Below are positions 10,276-18,701 of a stretch of 64,000 bases of DNA, piece by piece. The notes under the pieces were generated by a model. It was not told the DNA's origin. It made no database searches and saw only the letters and a list, made by a program, of their open reading frames with translations. The first letter of the stretch is position 1, and the number at the start of each line of letters is the position of its first letter. The stretch is from Leptolyngbyaceae cyanobacterium. GTDB taxonomy: Bacteria > Cyanobacteriota > Cyanobacteriia > Phormidesmidales > Phormidesmidaceae. Location: the NCBI GenBank assembly GCA_965263355.1, contig CBDHHL010000032.1, positions 1,120,001-1,184,000 of the forward strand, read 5' to 3'. The translations under genes were made by a program, and so were the position numbers.

Positions 10276-11277
10276 ATGAAAACCAAGGATCCAGCTATGG
10301 AATCATCGACCGTAGAATCAGATTCAGATAGTATTTCTAGCCGAGCTTCTGGGCAAGAAATTTATACCCGATTGTCCGAGAATATTCAGCAGGTGGTCAA
10401 AGGGCAGACTGCGGCTGTACGTAAGCTTCTGGCCGCCTTTGTCAGTGGCGGGCATGTGCTGCTAGAAGACTACCCTGGCACAGGTAAAACCACACTGGCA
10501 AAAGCGCTGGCTTTTTCCGTCGATGTTTCCTTCAAGCGGATTCAATTTACGCCTGATTTACTCCCCTCTGATATTTTGGGCGTCTCAATCTTAAACCCCA
10601 TCGAACAGTCCTTTCAGTTTCACGAAGGTCCTATTTTTGCCAATATCGTTCTAGCAGATGAGGTTAATCGTGCTTCTCCCCGCACACAATCTGCGCTGCT
10701 AGAGGCCATGGCAGAGTCTCAGGTCAGCATTGATGGCACCCTGAGAAAGCTAAGCGCACCTTTTTTTGTAATTGCTACCCAAAATCCGGTGGGAGCCCAG
10801 GGCACCTATCCCTTGCCAGAAGCTCAAATGGATCGTTTTGCCCTGCAGTTTAGTTTGGGCTATATCTCTTCGGAAGAAGAAATGGAGATTTTATCAAGTC
10901 AGCTGCAGCACCATCCCATTGACCAAGTTAAACCCTGTCTCTCACGAGATGATATTGTTACCCTCAAGCAACAGGTGCAACAGATACGAGTCAGCGATGA
11001 ACTCAAGCGTTACATCGTTGATATTGTCGGGGCCACCCGCCAGGCAGAGGGTGTGCAGCTAGGAGCTAGCCCCAGGGGAGCCATCGCCCTGATGAAACTG
11101 GCCCAAGCACTCGCCCTGTTTGATGGTTACGAATTTGTTTTGCCAGAGCAGGTGCAAGAGCTGGCGCTGTCAGTCCTAGCCCATCGGCTGGTGCTTGAAC
11201 CCCAGGCTCGATTTTCGGGCACAACAGCCGATGCGGTGATTCAAGATATCTTAACTGCGACGCCTGTGCCTGCTTAA
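10276..11277 (+). CDS. MoxR-family AAA+ ATPase
   Basis: GHVLLEDYPGTGKT, RIQFTPDLLPSD, DEVNRASPRTQSALLEAM, ATQNP and YPLPEAQMDRF. Confidence 0.95.
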   Translation: MKTKDPAMESSTVESDSDSISSRASGQEIYTRLSENIQQVVKGQTAAVRKLLAAFVSGGHVLLEDYPGTGKTTLAKALAFSVDVSFKRIQFTPDLLPSDILGVSILNPIEQSFQFHEGPIFANIVLADEVNRASPRTQSALLEAMAESQVSIDGTLRKLSAPFFVIATQNPVGAQGTYPLPEAQMDRFALQFSLGYISSEEEMEILSSQLQHHPIDQVKPCLSRDDIVTLKQQVQQIRVSDELKRYIVDIVGATRQAEGVQLGASPRGAIALMKLAQALALFDGYEFVLPEQVQELALSVLAHRLVLEPQARFSGTTADAVIQDILTATPVPA

Positions 11278-11280
11278 ACT

Positions 11281-12624
11281 ATGAATCTCTTATTTTATCG
11301 TCTATTTCGATTCTTGGGCTACAGCCTGCGGCAATGGTTAAAAAGGCGATTTACGCCTCTGGGGGCAGGGGTTTTAGTGTTTGCCATTATTTCTGGGCTG
11401 GTGGGTCTAGATACCCAGCGCAGTTTGTCTTACCAGGTGTTTGCCCTGGCCTGCTTATTATTGGCTGTGTCTACAGTGGCTACCGCCTTTTCTAGACCTC
11501 GGTTCCAGGTGAAGCGACGACTGCCGCGCTTTGGCACGGTGGGCTTGCCGTTACCCTACCGCGTCACGGTACAGAATACGACTGGCAAGACTTTTAGGAA
11601 ACTGCGACTGATTGAAGCGTTTGCCCACTCATTTCCTAGCTTTGAAGACTACCTTGACATTAGCCGTCCTCGCAAAGGTCGCAAGGATACTCAATCATGG
11701 AGCAAACTAATCGATCAGGCTCAGCGTGCGATCGCACCAGCCATCGAAATTCCCGTTCTGGCAGCCCAGGGCACAACTGAAATCAAAGGTGAGATTACGC
11801 CCCTGCGACGAGGGTTATTACAGTTTGAGACGATGACCCTTGCCTGCCCTGATCCGCTCGGCTTATTTAATACCTGTGTCAGACTCCCCCTGCCTCAATC
11901 GGTATTAATCTTGCCAAAGCGCTACCCGGTGCCCTCTTTTCAACTACCAGAACGTCAAGGGTATCAACCGGGAGGATTATCGCTTGCCCTGTCGGTGGGA
12001 GAATCAGAAGAATTTTGGTCCTTGCGAGACTATCGCCCCGGTGACTCGCCACGCAAGATTCACTGGAAAAGCTGGGTTAAATTGGGTAAACCTGTGGTGC
12101 GAGAAGAACAAGCCGAGTACTTTGTGCATCACGCTCTGGTTTTAGACACATTTCAACCGGAGTCATTTAGCGAAATTTTAGAAGAGGCTATCTCAGTGGC
12201 AGCGTCATTGGCCTGGGGCATGCAAAACCAGGAATCCTTACTGGATCTTATCTTTTCAGGATTAGGCGGTGGATACGTTACCCTGGGTCGAGGGTTAGGC
12301 CAAACAGAACGTATCCTTGAATTGTTAGCGTCGGTAGTCCCCTGCAGGGATAAGCCCTTTGACTCGTTGCTGCCAATCATGCAAAATCGTTTGCCACTAT
12401 TAAGTAGCTGCATCTGCATTTTTCTCAGTTGGGATGAGGCACGCCAAGCCTTTGTTAAACAATTGCAGTCCGTGAATATCCCCACCTGGGTTTTGATCTT
12501 GACCCGTGATCGACACACACTATCGCCGATGTTAGAAGATTATCAAAGTCATTCAATGCGAGTTTATCCGTTACCGTTGGGTCACATTCAGCAGGGGCTT
12601 CAAGAGATATGCAATTCCATATAG
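11281..12624 (+). CDS. DUF58 domain protein
   Basis: EFWSLRDYRPGDSPRKIHWKSW motif. It follows MoxR directly. Confidence 0.9.
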   Translation: MNLLFYRLFRFLGYSLRQWLKRRFTPLGAGVLVFAIISGLVGLDTQRSLSYQVFALACLLLAVSTVATAFSRPRFQVKRRLPRFGTVGLPLPYRVTVQNTTGKTFRKLRLIEAFAHSFPSFEDYLDISRPRKGRKDTQSWSKLIDQAQRAIAPAIEIPVLAAQGTTEIKGEITPLRRGLLQFETMTLACPDPLGLFNTCVRLPLPQSVLILPKRYPVPSFQLPERQGYQPGGLSLALSVGESEEFWSLRDYRPGDSPRKIHWKSWVKLGKPVVREEQAEYFVHHALVLDTFQPESFSEILEEAISVAASLAWGMQNQESLLDLIFSGLGGGYVTLGRGLGQTERILELLASVVPCRDKPFDSLLPIMQNRLPLLSSCICIFLSWDEARQAFVKQLQSVNIPTWVLILTRDRHTLSPMLEDYQSHSMRVYPLPLGHIQQGLQEICNSI

Positions 12625-13742
12625 CCAGCCTGTGCAGTCTGGCATTATGCCTGTGGGGATTTCAAACGGGGTTTTGGGGTCTGGCAGTGCCGATGATTTT
12701 GTGCATCGAGGGGAGACGGGTGTTCTCTAAGCGCTGGATGCTCTCTAAAAGGGCAACCGTATGGATTTTGTTTATCTGCATTTCCGTGATCATTGTGACG
12801 CTTCAACTCACGGGTGATTTCCATAGCGTGCTGCCATTGCTGCCGTTGGCACTGTTTCCACTTATGTTGGCGCAACTCTATACGTCCAACCTTTCCCAGC
12901 GGATTCAAGGTTTCTTAGCTAACCCCTACTTTACCCAGCGAGGAAGTCAGTGGAAACGGCCCTCCCTGGATTTTGGTTATGTTTATTTTGGTCTGTGTTT
13001 GTTATCGGCCAGCGCCGTCAACGCCAATAGGGTTCTCTTTTATGGTTTGGCTTGGGCGCTGGTAGCAATATTGTTCTTTCACCTGCGGCCTGCGAAATCT
13101 AAGGTGATGATTTGGCTTGGTTTACTATGTTTGACTGGGACTTTAGGGATTTTGGCCCATAGGCAGTTGAGCCAGCTTCAGTTTGATCATAGTTGGCTCA
13201 ATGATGGTCGTAGACAAGGCTATGGACAAGGTGATGGGTTTTCTCAAGGTAGTAATCAAGGCGGTCCTCTAGAAGCACTTTTACGGAGGTTAGCGGAACA
13301 ACTATTCGCGCCTATCCAGGAACAATTACCGCAAGAGCCCAAATCTAGAACCCTGTTATATCTTCTGCTAATTGTCTTAATTGTTGTTATTCTTAGTGGT
13401 CTCTTGATCTGGTGGTGGAGACGACGCCAACAGGAAATGCTGGCTGCAAATGTAAATTTTGAGGTGAGAACGCAATCTACCCTCCCCGGTATTGATTCAG
13501 AGTTTTACCAAATTGAACACATTTTCAATCAATTAAAACTAGGGCGCAGACCTGCGGAGAATCTACAGCATTGGCTGGAACGATTAACCCAAACACTATC
13601 TGTAGCTCAGGTGGAAGCACTCAAACCGATTATCCAACTACATTATCGCTATCGTTTTGATCCCAAAGGTATTGATGCTGCTGAGCGAAACCAGCTTAGG
13701 GACCTAAGCCAAACCTGGTTAGAACGTTATCGTTATAACTAA
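12609..13742 (+). CDS. membrane protein of the MoxR-DUF58-transglutaminase triad (DUF4129-like C-terminus), no recognisable transglutaminase core
   Basis: Multi-TM N-terminus and C-terminal PGIDSEFY...LHYRYRFDP. It overlaps the DUF58 stop. Confidence 0.7.
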   Translation: MQFHIASLCSLALCLWGFQTGFWGLAVPMILCIEGRRVFSKRWMLSKRATVWILFICISVIIVTLQLTGDFHSVLPLLPLALFPLMLAQLYTSNLSQRIQGFLANPYFTQRGSQWKRPSLDFGYVYFGLCLLSASAVNANRVLFYGLAWALVAILFFHLRPAKSKVMIWLGLLCLTGTLGILAHRQLSQLQFDHSWLNDGRRQGYGQGDGFSQGSNQGGPLEALLRRLAEQLFAPIQEQLPQEPKSRTLLYLLLIVLIVVILSGLLIWWWRRRQQEMLAANVNFEVRTQSTLPGIDSEFYQIEHIFNQLKLGRRPAENLQHWLERLTQTLSVAQVEALKPIIQLHYRYRFDPKGIDAAERNQLRDLSQTWLERYRYN

Positions 13743-13759
13743 CGTGGGCGAATTGTTCA

Positions 13760-14432
13760 TTGTAGCCAAAAATCCCCTGGCTGGGTTTAATGTCTGCCAG
13801 TAGCGATCGCGATACCCCAAAAATATCTAGCAGTTGCTCATCCCATTGCTGTGTTGCCAAATTCATTAGCAATGTACGGCTGGCATTACTGTGGTCCGTC
13901 GCATGTACCTTTCCGCCCGTCAGGTTCCATAGCGCCCAAGTGTCAATGGTACCTGCCAGAATATTGTCTAAATGCTTGTCTGACAATTGGAGTTGAGTTT
14001 TATCCAGCAGCCACCGCAACTTTGTGCCCGAAAAATAGGCATCCAAAAACAAGCCACTGCGCTCATAGATTTTCGCCTTATGGCCTGCCAATGTGACGCA
14101 CATCCCTGCTGTCCGTCGATCCTGTCAAACAATGGCTTTATGCAGTGGTTCACCCGTTGTCTTATCCCACAATAGACATGTTTCCCGCTGCACGGTTAGA
14201 CCAATGGCAGCAATATCATCAGCGTTAATATTCGCCTCAGCAATGGCTGTTTTCATGACCCATTGCACGTCCTGCCAAATTTCTGTGGCATCATGCTCTA
14301 CCCAGCCCGGTTGCGGATAGTACTGAGTCAGCTCCTTATAGGCTTGACCCACAATGTCGCCCGCTTGATTAAACAGAATGGCCCGGTTGCCAGTAGTGCC
14401 CAAAAATCCAGAGCCATAACGTACTGCGGCAT
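13760..14432 (-). pseudogene. glpK: glycerol kinase pseudogene
   Basis: ATG 14432 MPQYVMALD, then a frameshift (GATTTTTGGGC) before GTTG, then YYPQPGWVEHD and QRET. An in-frame TGA at 14125-14127 replaces the W of AIVWQDRR. DAYFSGTK, GTIDTW and TDHSNASRT follow, and the gene is truncated at about 13760. Confidence 0.92.
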
Positions 14433-14457
14433 GGAAAAAGCACTTTACTGAAAGAAC

Positions 14458-14596
14458 AGGTATCCACTCAAGCCGGGAAATTCTGGTTAAGTAGGAATCT
14501 AGAATCCAGGAGCCAGAATTTAGAAGGGATATGGCTTCTGGCTCCTGACTTCTGACGTCTATCCTGAGGAAAACTTCCCGCTTTAAGTTGGTACCC
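14458..14596 (+). mobile_element. 139-bp MITE, copy 1 (8-bp TSD GAAAGAAC)
   Basis: Imperfect ~22-bp TIRs (AGGTATCCACTCAAGCCGGGAA / TTCCCGCTTTAAGTTGGTACCC). GAAAGAAC is duplicated at 14450-14457 and 14597-14604. An inverted copy lies at 56060-56198. Confidence 0.9.
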
Positions 14597-14707
14597 GAAA
14601 GAACTTCACCTATTGTGTCGTGGCCTTTCCTTTATGGAAAAAAACGAGGAAAGTCTTAGGGGAAATTAATAAAAATTGGTGAGTGATGATTAGGGAATAG
14701 ACAATAG

Positions 14708-14731
14708 GTAGGGGCATTGCGTGCAATGCCC
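14708..14731. repeat. REP-like palindrome
   Basis: GTAGGGGCATTGCGTGCAATGCCC, same family as 5630-5657. Confidence 0.7.
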
Positions 14732-14873
14732 TGGGGAATGGGGCGTGGGGTGAGCTTAGCCAAGGTCAAAAAAAAGAGGTTGCGTTGCCGCAATCCTCCA
14801 TAATGAAGCTGTTAAGTATTGATTTCTATTTTTATTATGGAGATAGGAGTTCAGTTGTGAATCCCGATGGGGG

Positions 14874-15161
14874 CTATTCTTCTTGTTGATCCAATAGCCT
14901 TGATAGTTGCCCGCGAATGGCATCGAGCTTCTTGTCGACTTTAGGCACAGTCAGTAGCCTCAATTCAACTTCCGCAATGTTATCAATGCGGGTCGTTTTT
15001 TCCCATAGCTTGCGTTCAACTTCAGATTCAGACTCGTAACGGAATGTAATAGTGGTGTCGGTCACCTCTAAAATTTCCACATTTTTAAACCAGCCATTGC
15101 TGCTTTTGACATACAGCCATACGCTGCCTTGACCAACAAGTTCTTTGAGCTTTCTTTCCAT
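14874..15161 (-). CDS. conserved cyanobacterial hypothetical protein (DUF6679-like)
   Basis: MERKLKELVGQGSVWLYVKSSNGWFKNVEIL...WEKTTRIDNIAEV, with a coiled-coil tail. Confidence 0.7.
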   Translation of the reverse strand: MERKLKELVGQGSVWLYVKSSNGWFKNVEILEVTDTTITFRYESESEVERKLWEKTTRIDNIAEVELRLLTVPKVDKKLDAIRGQLSRLLDQQEE

Positions 15162-15934
15162 ATGACATTTCCCAGACACTACACAGGCCTACAAGAGATA
15201 ATGCTGTCTTTTCTTAAGATTGATTTTACAATCTTAGCACTTTGAAAAGTTATGTATAGACAAAAAAACTGATATCCTACAAGCTGTCAATTGTCCTTCC
15301 CCAAAAATAATTAGCTATTTTTATTATTTGTGCTTAGGGGAAAAATGATATCGCAATCTGTATCAGGGGTTGTGGAGTGACACGTTGAAAGAATGCAGCC
15401 ACAACTAACTAAACGCAATTATTTTTCTATTCAAAGAGATTAACTTGTTGCTGATATAACTGTGGAGCTACTACTGATTAAGTTGCAGGCTACACTTAGC
15501 AATTAGCAGCCATACTGAGTATTGCCGTACTTGAGAACCAACAACATACATGTTTGGGGTGTAATTGAAGCAGGGGGTACTCAAATAATTTGCACTCTGA
15601 CAAATCACCTGTCCCCTGCTGGTGAGCCCCCCAAGCTCACACATTGCCGCCTGATTACATTGCTTGGACCCTAGACGCTAACTGTATAGCTATGGGGATT
15701 ACCAATTTGATTCTTTCTGCTCACCGCAGCGAATTATCTGATGCGGTGAGGGAGTGGAACAATTGAATCTTTTTCCAATTATCCAAGTTAATGTAAAAAC
15801 ACGTCTACAAAATTATCTAAAGATGCCAGAGACTCTTGATAGCATTGACAACTATATTGTTCTTCCTAAGCTGGTTAAGAAAGCTGGCATCCTAGGGTCA
15901 TTATTATTAACACAGAAAGCAAATACTTAAAGTA

Positions 15935-16456
15935 ATGGATAAAGAAGAAATACAAACAGCCAACGTAATTCGTAGCATGATTCAGCATGAGAATTCGTTA
16001 ACGAATGATCGTATTAGTTGGTTAGTGACTATCCAAGGTCTTTTATTTGCATCATTTGGCATTGTTTGGAACTCGAATACTCTAAGTAAAGAACTATTAA
16101 GTATTTTAGGGCTGTTAGGTATTTTAGTTGCAGTTTCTTCATTGCAATCATTGACACTTGCTAATAAAGCCCGACATGAGTTAGTTGCTTGGTGGAATGA
16201 TTATATTGCTGATAAATCCTATGAAGGGCCTCCCATAATAGGCACCTATTCGGCCTCAAAACAAACGCTCATCTTAGGAGAAACGTCTGGAGAAAATAGA
16301 AAGCTATTAACGAAGTTTTCTATGCGGAAAATAACAAGGTATTTTTCTAGAGCCTGTTTTAGATTTAGTCGCTGTTTAAGGCCTTGGCGGTTGTTGCCCT
16401 GGGTTTTTATAGTCGGTTGGATGGGGATTCTCGTAATAATATTTGAGCTAGTCTAA
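15935..16456 (+). CDS. hypothetical membrane protein (3 predicted TM; possibly RipA-like octameric membrane family)
   Basis: HENSLTNDRISWLVTIQGLLFA followed by hydrophobic helices, in an AT-rich context. Confidence 0.6.
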   Translation: MDKEEIQTANVIRSMIQHENSLTNDRISWLVTIQGLLFASFGIVWNSNTLSKELLSILGLLGILVAVSSLQSLTLANKARHELVAWWNDYIADKSYEGPPIIGTYSASKQTLILGETSGENRKLLTKFSMRKITRYFSRACFRFSRCLRPWRLLPWVFIVGWMGILVIIFELV

Positions 16457-16613
16457 GAATATTTTTTAACCTGAATTTGCTGGATTATCTGTTTTTCTAT
16501 GACTAGTAGAATGCTATTTTCAGTTTTAAATTTACTGTATTTTTAGTCACTTTCAGGCTCTAGAAAATCTACTCTATACCAGGGAAAATACTGTACTTAT
16601 ACATAATTATCAT

Positions 16614-16865
16614 TCACCTGTAGATGGACTCAAATTTTCGGTTTTATCAGGTGAAACAGATTTTTTAGTCCCACCTAATGAGCCAGAAGCTTTTTCAGAT
16701 GCAATTAGTAAAATTCTGTTAGATGAGGCAGTTGCCAAGAAGATGGGGGAAGGTGCTGAGAAACGGGTTAGGGAGCAGTTTTCTCTAGAGCAAACTGCCG
16801 ATAAAATTAGTGAGCTGTATGCAAAGTACTTGAGTTTTAATACCCCTGCGATATTACGCCGATGA
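16614..16865 (+). pseudogene. C-terminal remnant of a GT4 glycosyltransferase (not in ORF track)
   Basis: Manual translation SPVDGLKFSVLSGETDFLVPPNEPEAFSDAISKILLDEAVAKKMGEGAEKRVREQFSLEQTADKISELY...*. No start codon or N-terminal part. Confidence 0.8.
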
Positions 16866-16878
16866 AATGCCTGCCTTT

Positions 16879-17637
16879 CTAGTGCTGTGTAGCGTAGTTT
16901 AAATTAAAAGGACGGTAGCCATAGTGTCGTAGTCCTTCCCAAATACCCATCGCACCTGTTTCTAGGCTGTGGTACACGTTTGGCATAGTTTGAATCTTAT
17001 TCACAAGTTCGGGCTCTGAGTTGCCAATGGCAATTCCTTTTAGGCCTGTTTGGAACAGAGATAGATCGTTAAGTGTATCGCCACAGGTAACGACCTGGGT
17101 TGAATCTAATGATAGAAAGTTGAGTAGCTTAAGTAACGTTGTCCCTTTTGAAACGCCCTTGGGCAACACATCTAAATATTTGCTGTCTGAATAGATGTAG
17201 TCAAAACCGGCATCGATTACTTTTTGCAATGTGGAAGGCTTCAGTTCATCGGGCGTACAATAGTACGAGACTCGATGGTTTGGCTCACCTGGCTGGAGGG
17301 TTAGTCCAGATTCATTGCCTAGTAGCTGCCTAATCAGAGTGCTGGAATTCCGCCATTGACCGGCTATCCAATGGTTGATGGGGGCCACGGGCTCAAGCGT
17401 TGTGCCGTTGAAAACGTTGGTGCCAACATCGCTGATGATAAAGTCGGGCACTGGAACACTTTTGTATTCGGTGTAAATTTTGTTGACTAGTTCAAGGCTG
17501 CGACCGGTAACAAAAATGAGTAAAACGTGATTACGGCTCTGCTCTAATAGATTGTAAAATCGGATGCGCTTAGCGTTATCGCCACCTAGAAACGTACCAT
17601 CCAGGTCGGTTGCTAATACTAGTGAAGGTGCGGCCAT
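16879..17637 (-). CDS. HAD-IIB sugar-phosphate phosphatase (SPP / GgpP-domain-like)
   Basis: LATDLDGTFLG, VTGR, SDVG, LDVLPKGVSKG and GDTLND. Confidence 0.88.
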   Translation of the reverse strand: MAAPSLVLATDLDGTFLGGDNAKRIRFYNLLEQSRNHVLLIFVTGRSLELVNKIYTEYKSVPVPDFIISDVGTNVFNGTTLEPVAPINHWIAGQWRNSSTLIRQLLGNESGLTLQPGEPNHRVSYYCTPDELKPSTLQKVIDAGFDYIYSDSKYLDVLPKGVSKGTTLLKLLNFLSLDSTQVVTCGDTLNDLSLFQTGLKGIAIGNSEPELVNKIQTMPNVYHSLETGAMGIWEGLRHYGYRPFNLNYATQH

Positions 17638-17750
17638 AAAATATCAAATTCAGTTATATTTTGCCATTAATTTATATATGGTGTTTTCTGTTTACATGCA
17701 GTCTCCCTTTGTTCGTTTCAACTGTTTAATTATGGTTTCTTTTCAGAAGA

Positions 17751-18695
17751 ATGCGGCCAATTGATTGTATTGCGGTGTTGGGGAAAGGGGCATGGGGGAT
17801 GACTCTTGCTAAGCTTGCTGTAGATAAGGGTAACCCGGTTCAAACCTGGTCTCGTCGAGATGCGGTTGAGCTTTCAACTATTGTCCGTGATGCGGATGTG
17901 GTGGTATCAGCAATCTCGATGAAAGGTGTGGCTTCATTGGCCAATCAGCTACAAACGATCGAGCTAATGCCTGCAACGATTTTGGTGACGGCAACTAAAG
18001 GGTTAGACCCTAAGACAACCCGTACGCCATCGCAGATTTTTCGAGATAGTTTCCCAAAAAACCCAGTTGTGGTGCTCTCAGGGCCAAACCTTTCTAAGGA
18101 AATTGATCGGGGCTTGCCGGCTGCTACTGTAGTCGCAAGCGAAAATTTAGAGGCGGCTGCTCGGATACAGCAAATCTATTCATCGGAGTCTTTTCGACTT
18201 TACACCAGTAATGATCCCATTGGAGCAGAGCTGGGGGGAACGTTGAAAAATGTGGTTGCGATCGCGGTTGGTGTCTGTGATGGCCTCAAGCTAGGGTCTA
18301 ATGCTAAGGCAGCCCTAATCACTCGGGCGATTCCTGAAATGTTACGGGTGGGTGTACACATGGGTGCCCAGGTTGAAACCTTCTACGGTCTTTCAGGATT
18401 GGGAGATTTGCTCGCGACCTGCGACGGTCATCTTAGCCGTAACTATCGGGTGGGGTATGGTCTAGCTCAAGGAAAACAGCTAGACCAGATTTTAGCTGAG
18501 TTAGGCAGTACGGCTGAAGGGGTCAACACTACCCATGTGCTGATTGATATGGCTAACCGCGAAGGCATTCCGGTACCCATCGCCCGGCAAGTGCATCGGT
18601 TACTGTGCGGTGTGGTTACCCCCCAGGAGGCCGTAGGGTATCTAATGGAGCGAGAATTAAAACCCGAAGCCTGTGATTTAAAGGCTCGGGATTAG
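17751..18695 (+). CDS. gpsA: NAD(P)H-dependent glycerol-3-phosphate dehydrogenase
   Basis: GKGAWG, TATKG, LSGPNLS, GAELGGTLKNV, GLSGLGDL, SRNY and AEGVNT. Confidence 0.95.
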   Translation: MRPIDCIAVLGKGAWGMTLAKLAVDKGNPVQTWSRRDAVELSTIVRDADVVVSAISMKGVASLANQLQTIELMPATILVTATKGLDPKTTRTPSQIFRDSFPKNPVVVLSGPNLSKEIDRGLPAATVVASENLEAAARIQQIYSSESFRLYTSNDPIGAELGGTLKNVVAIAVGVCDGLKLGSNAKAALITRAIPEMLRVGVHMGAQVETFYGLSGLGDLLATCDGHLSRNYRVGYGLAQGKQLDQILAELGSTAEGVNTTHVLIDMANREGIPVPIARQVHRLLCGVVTPQEAVGYLMERELKPEACDLKARD

Positions 18696-18701
18696 TGAGG
18701 T

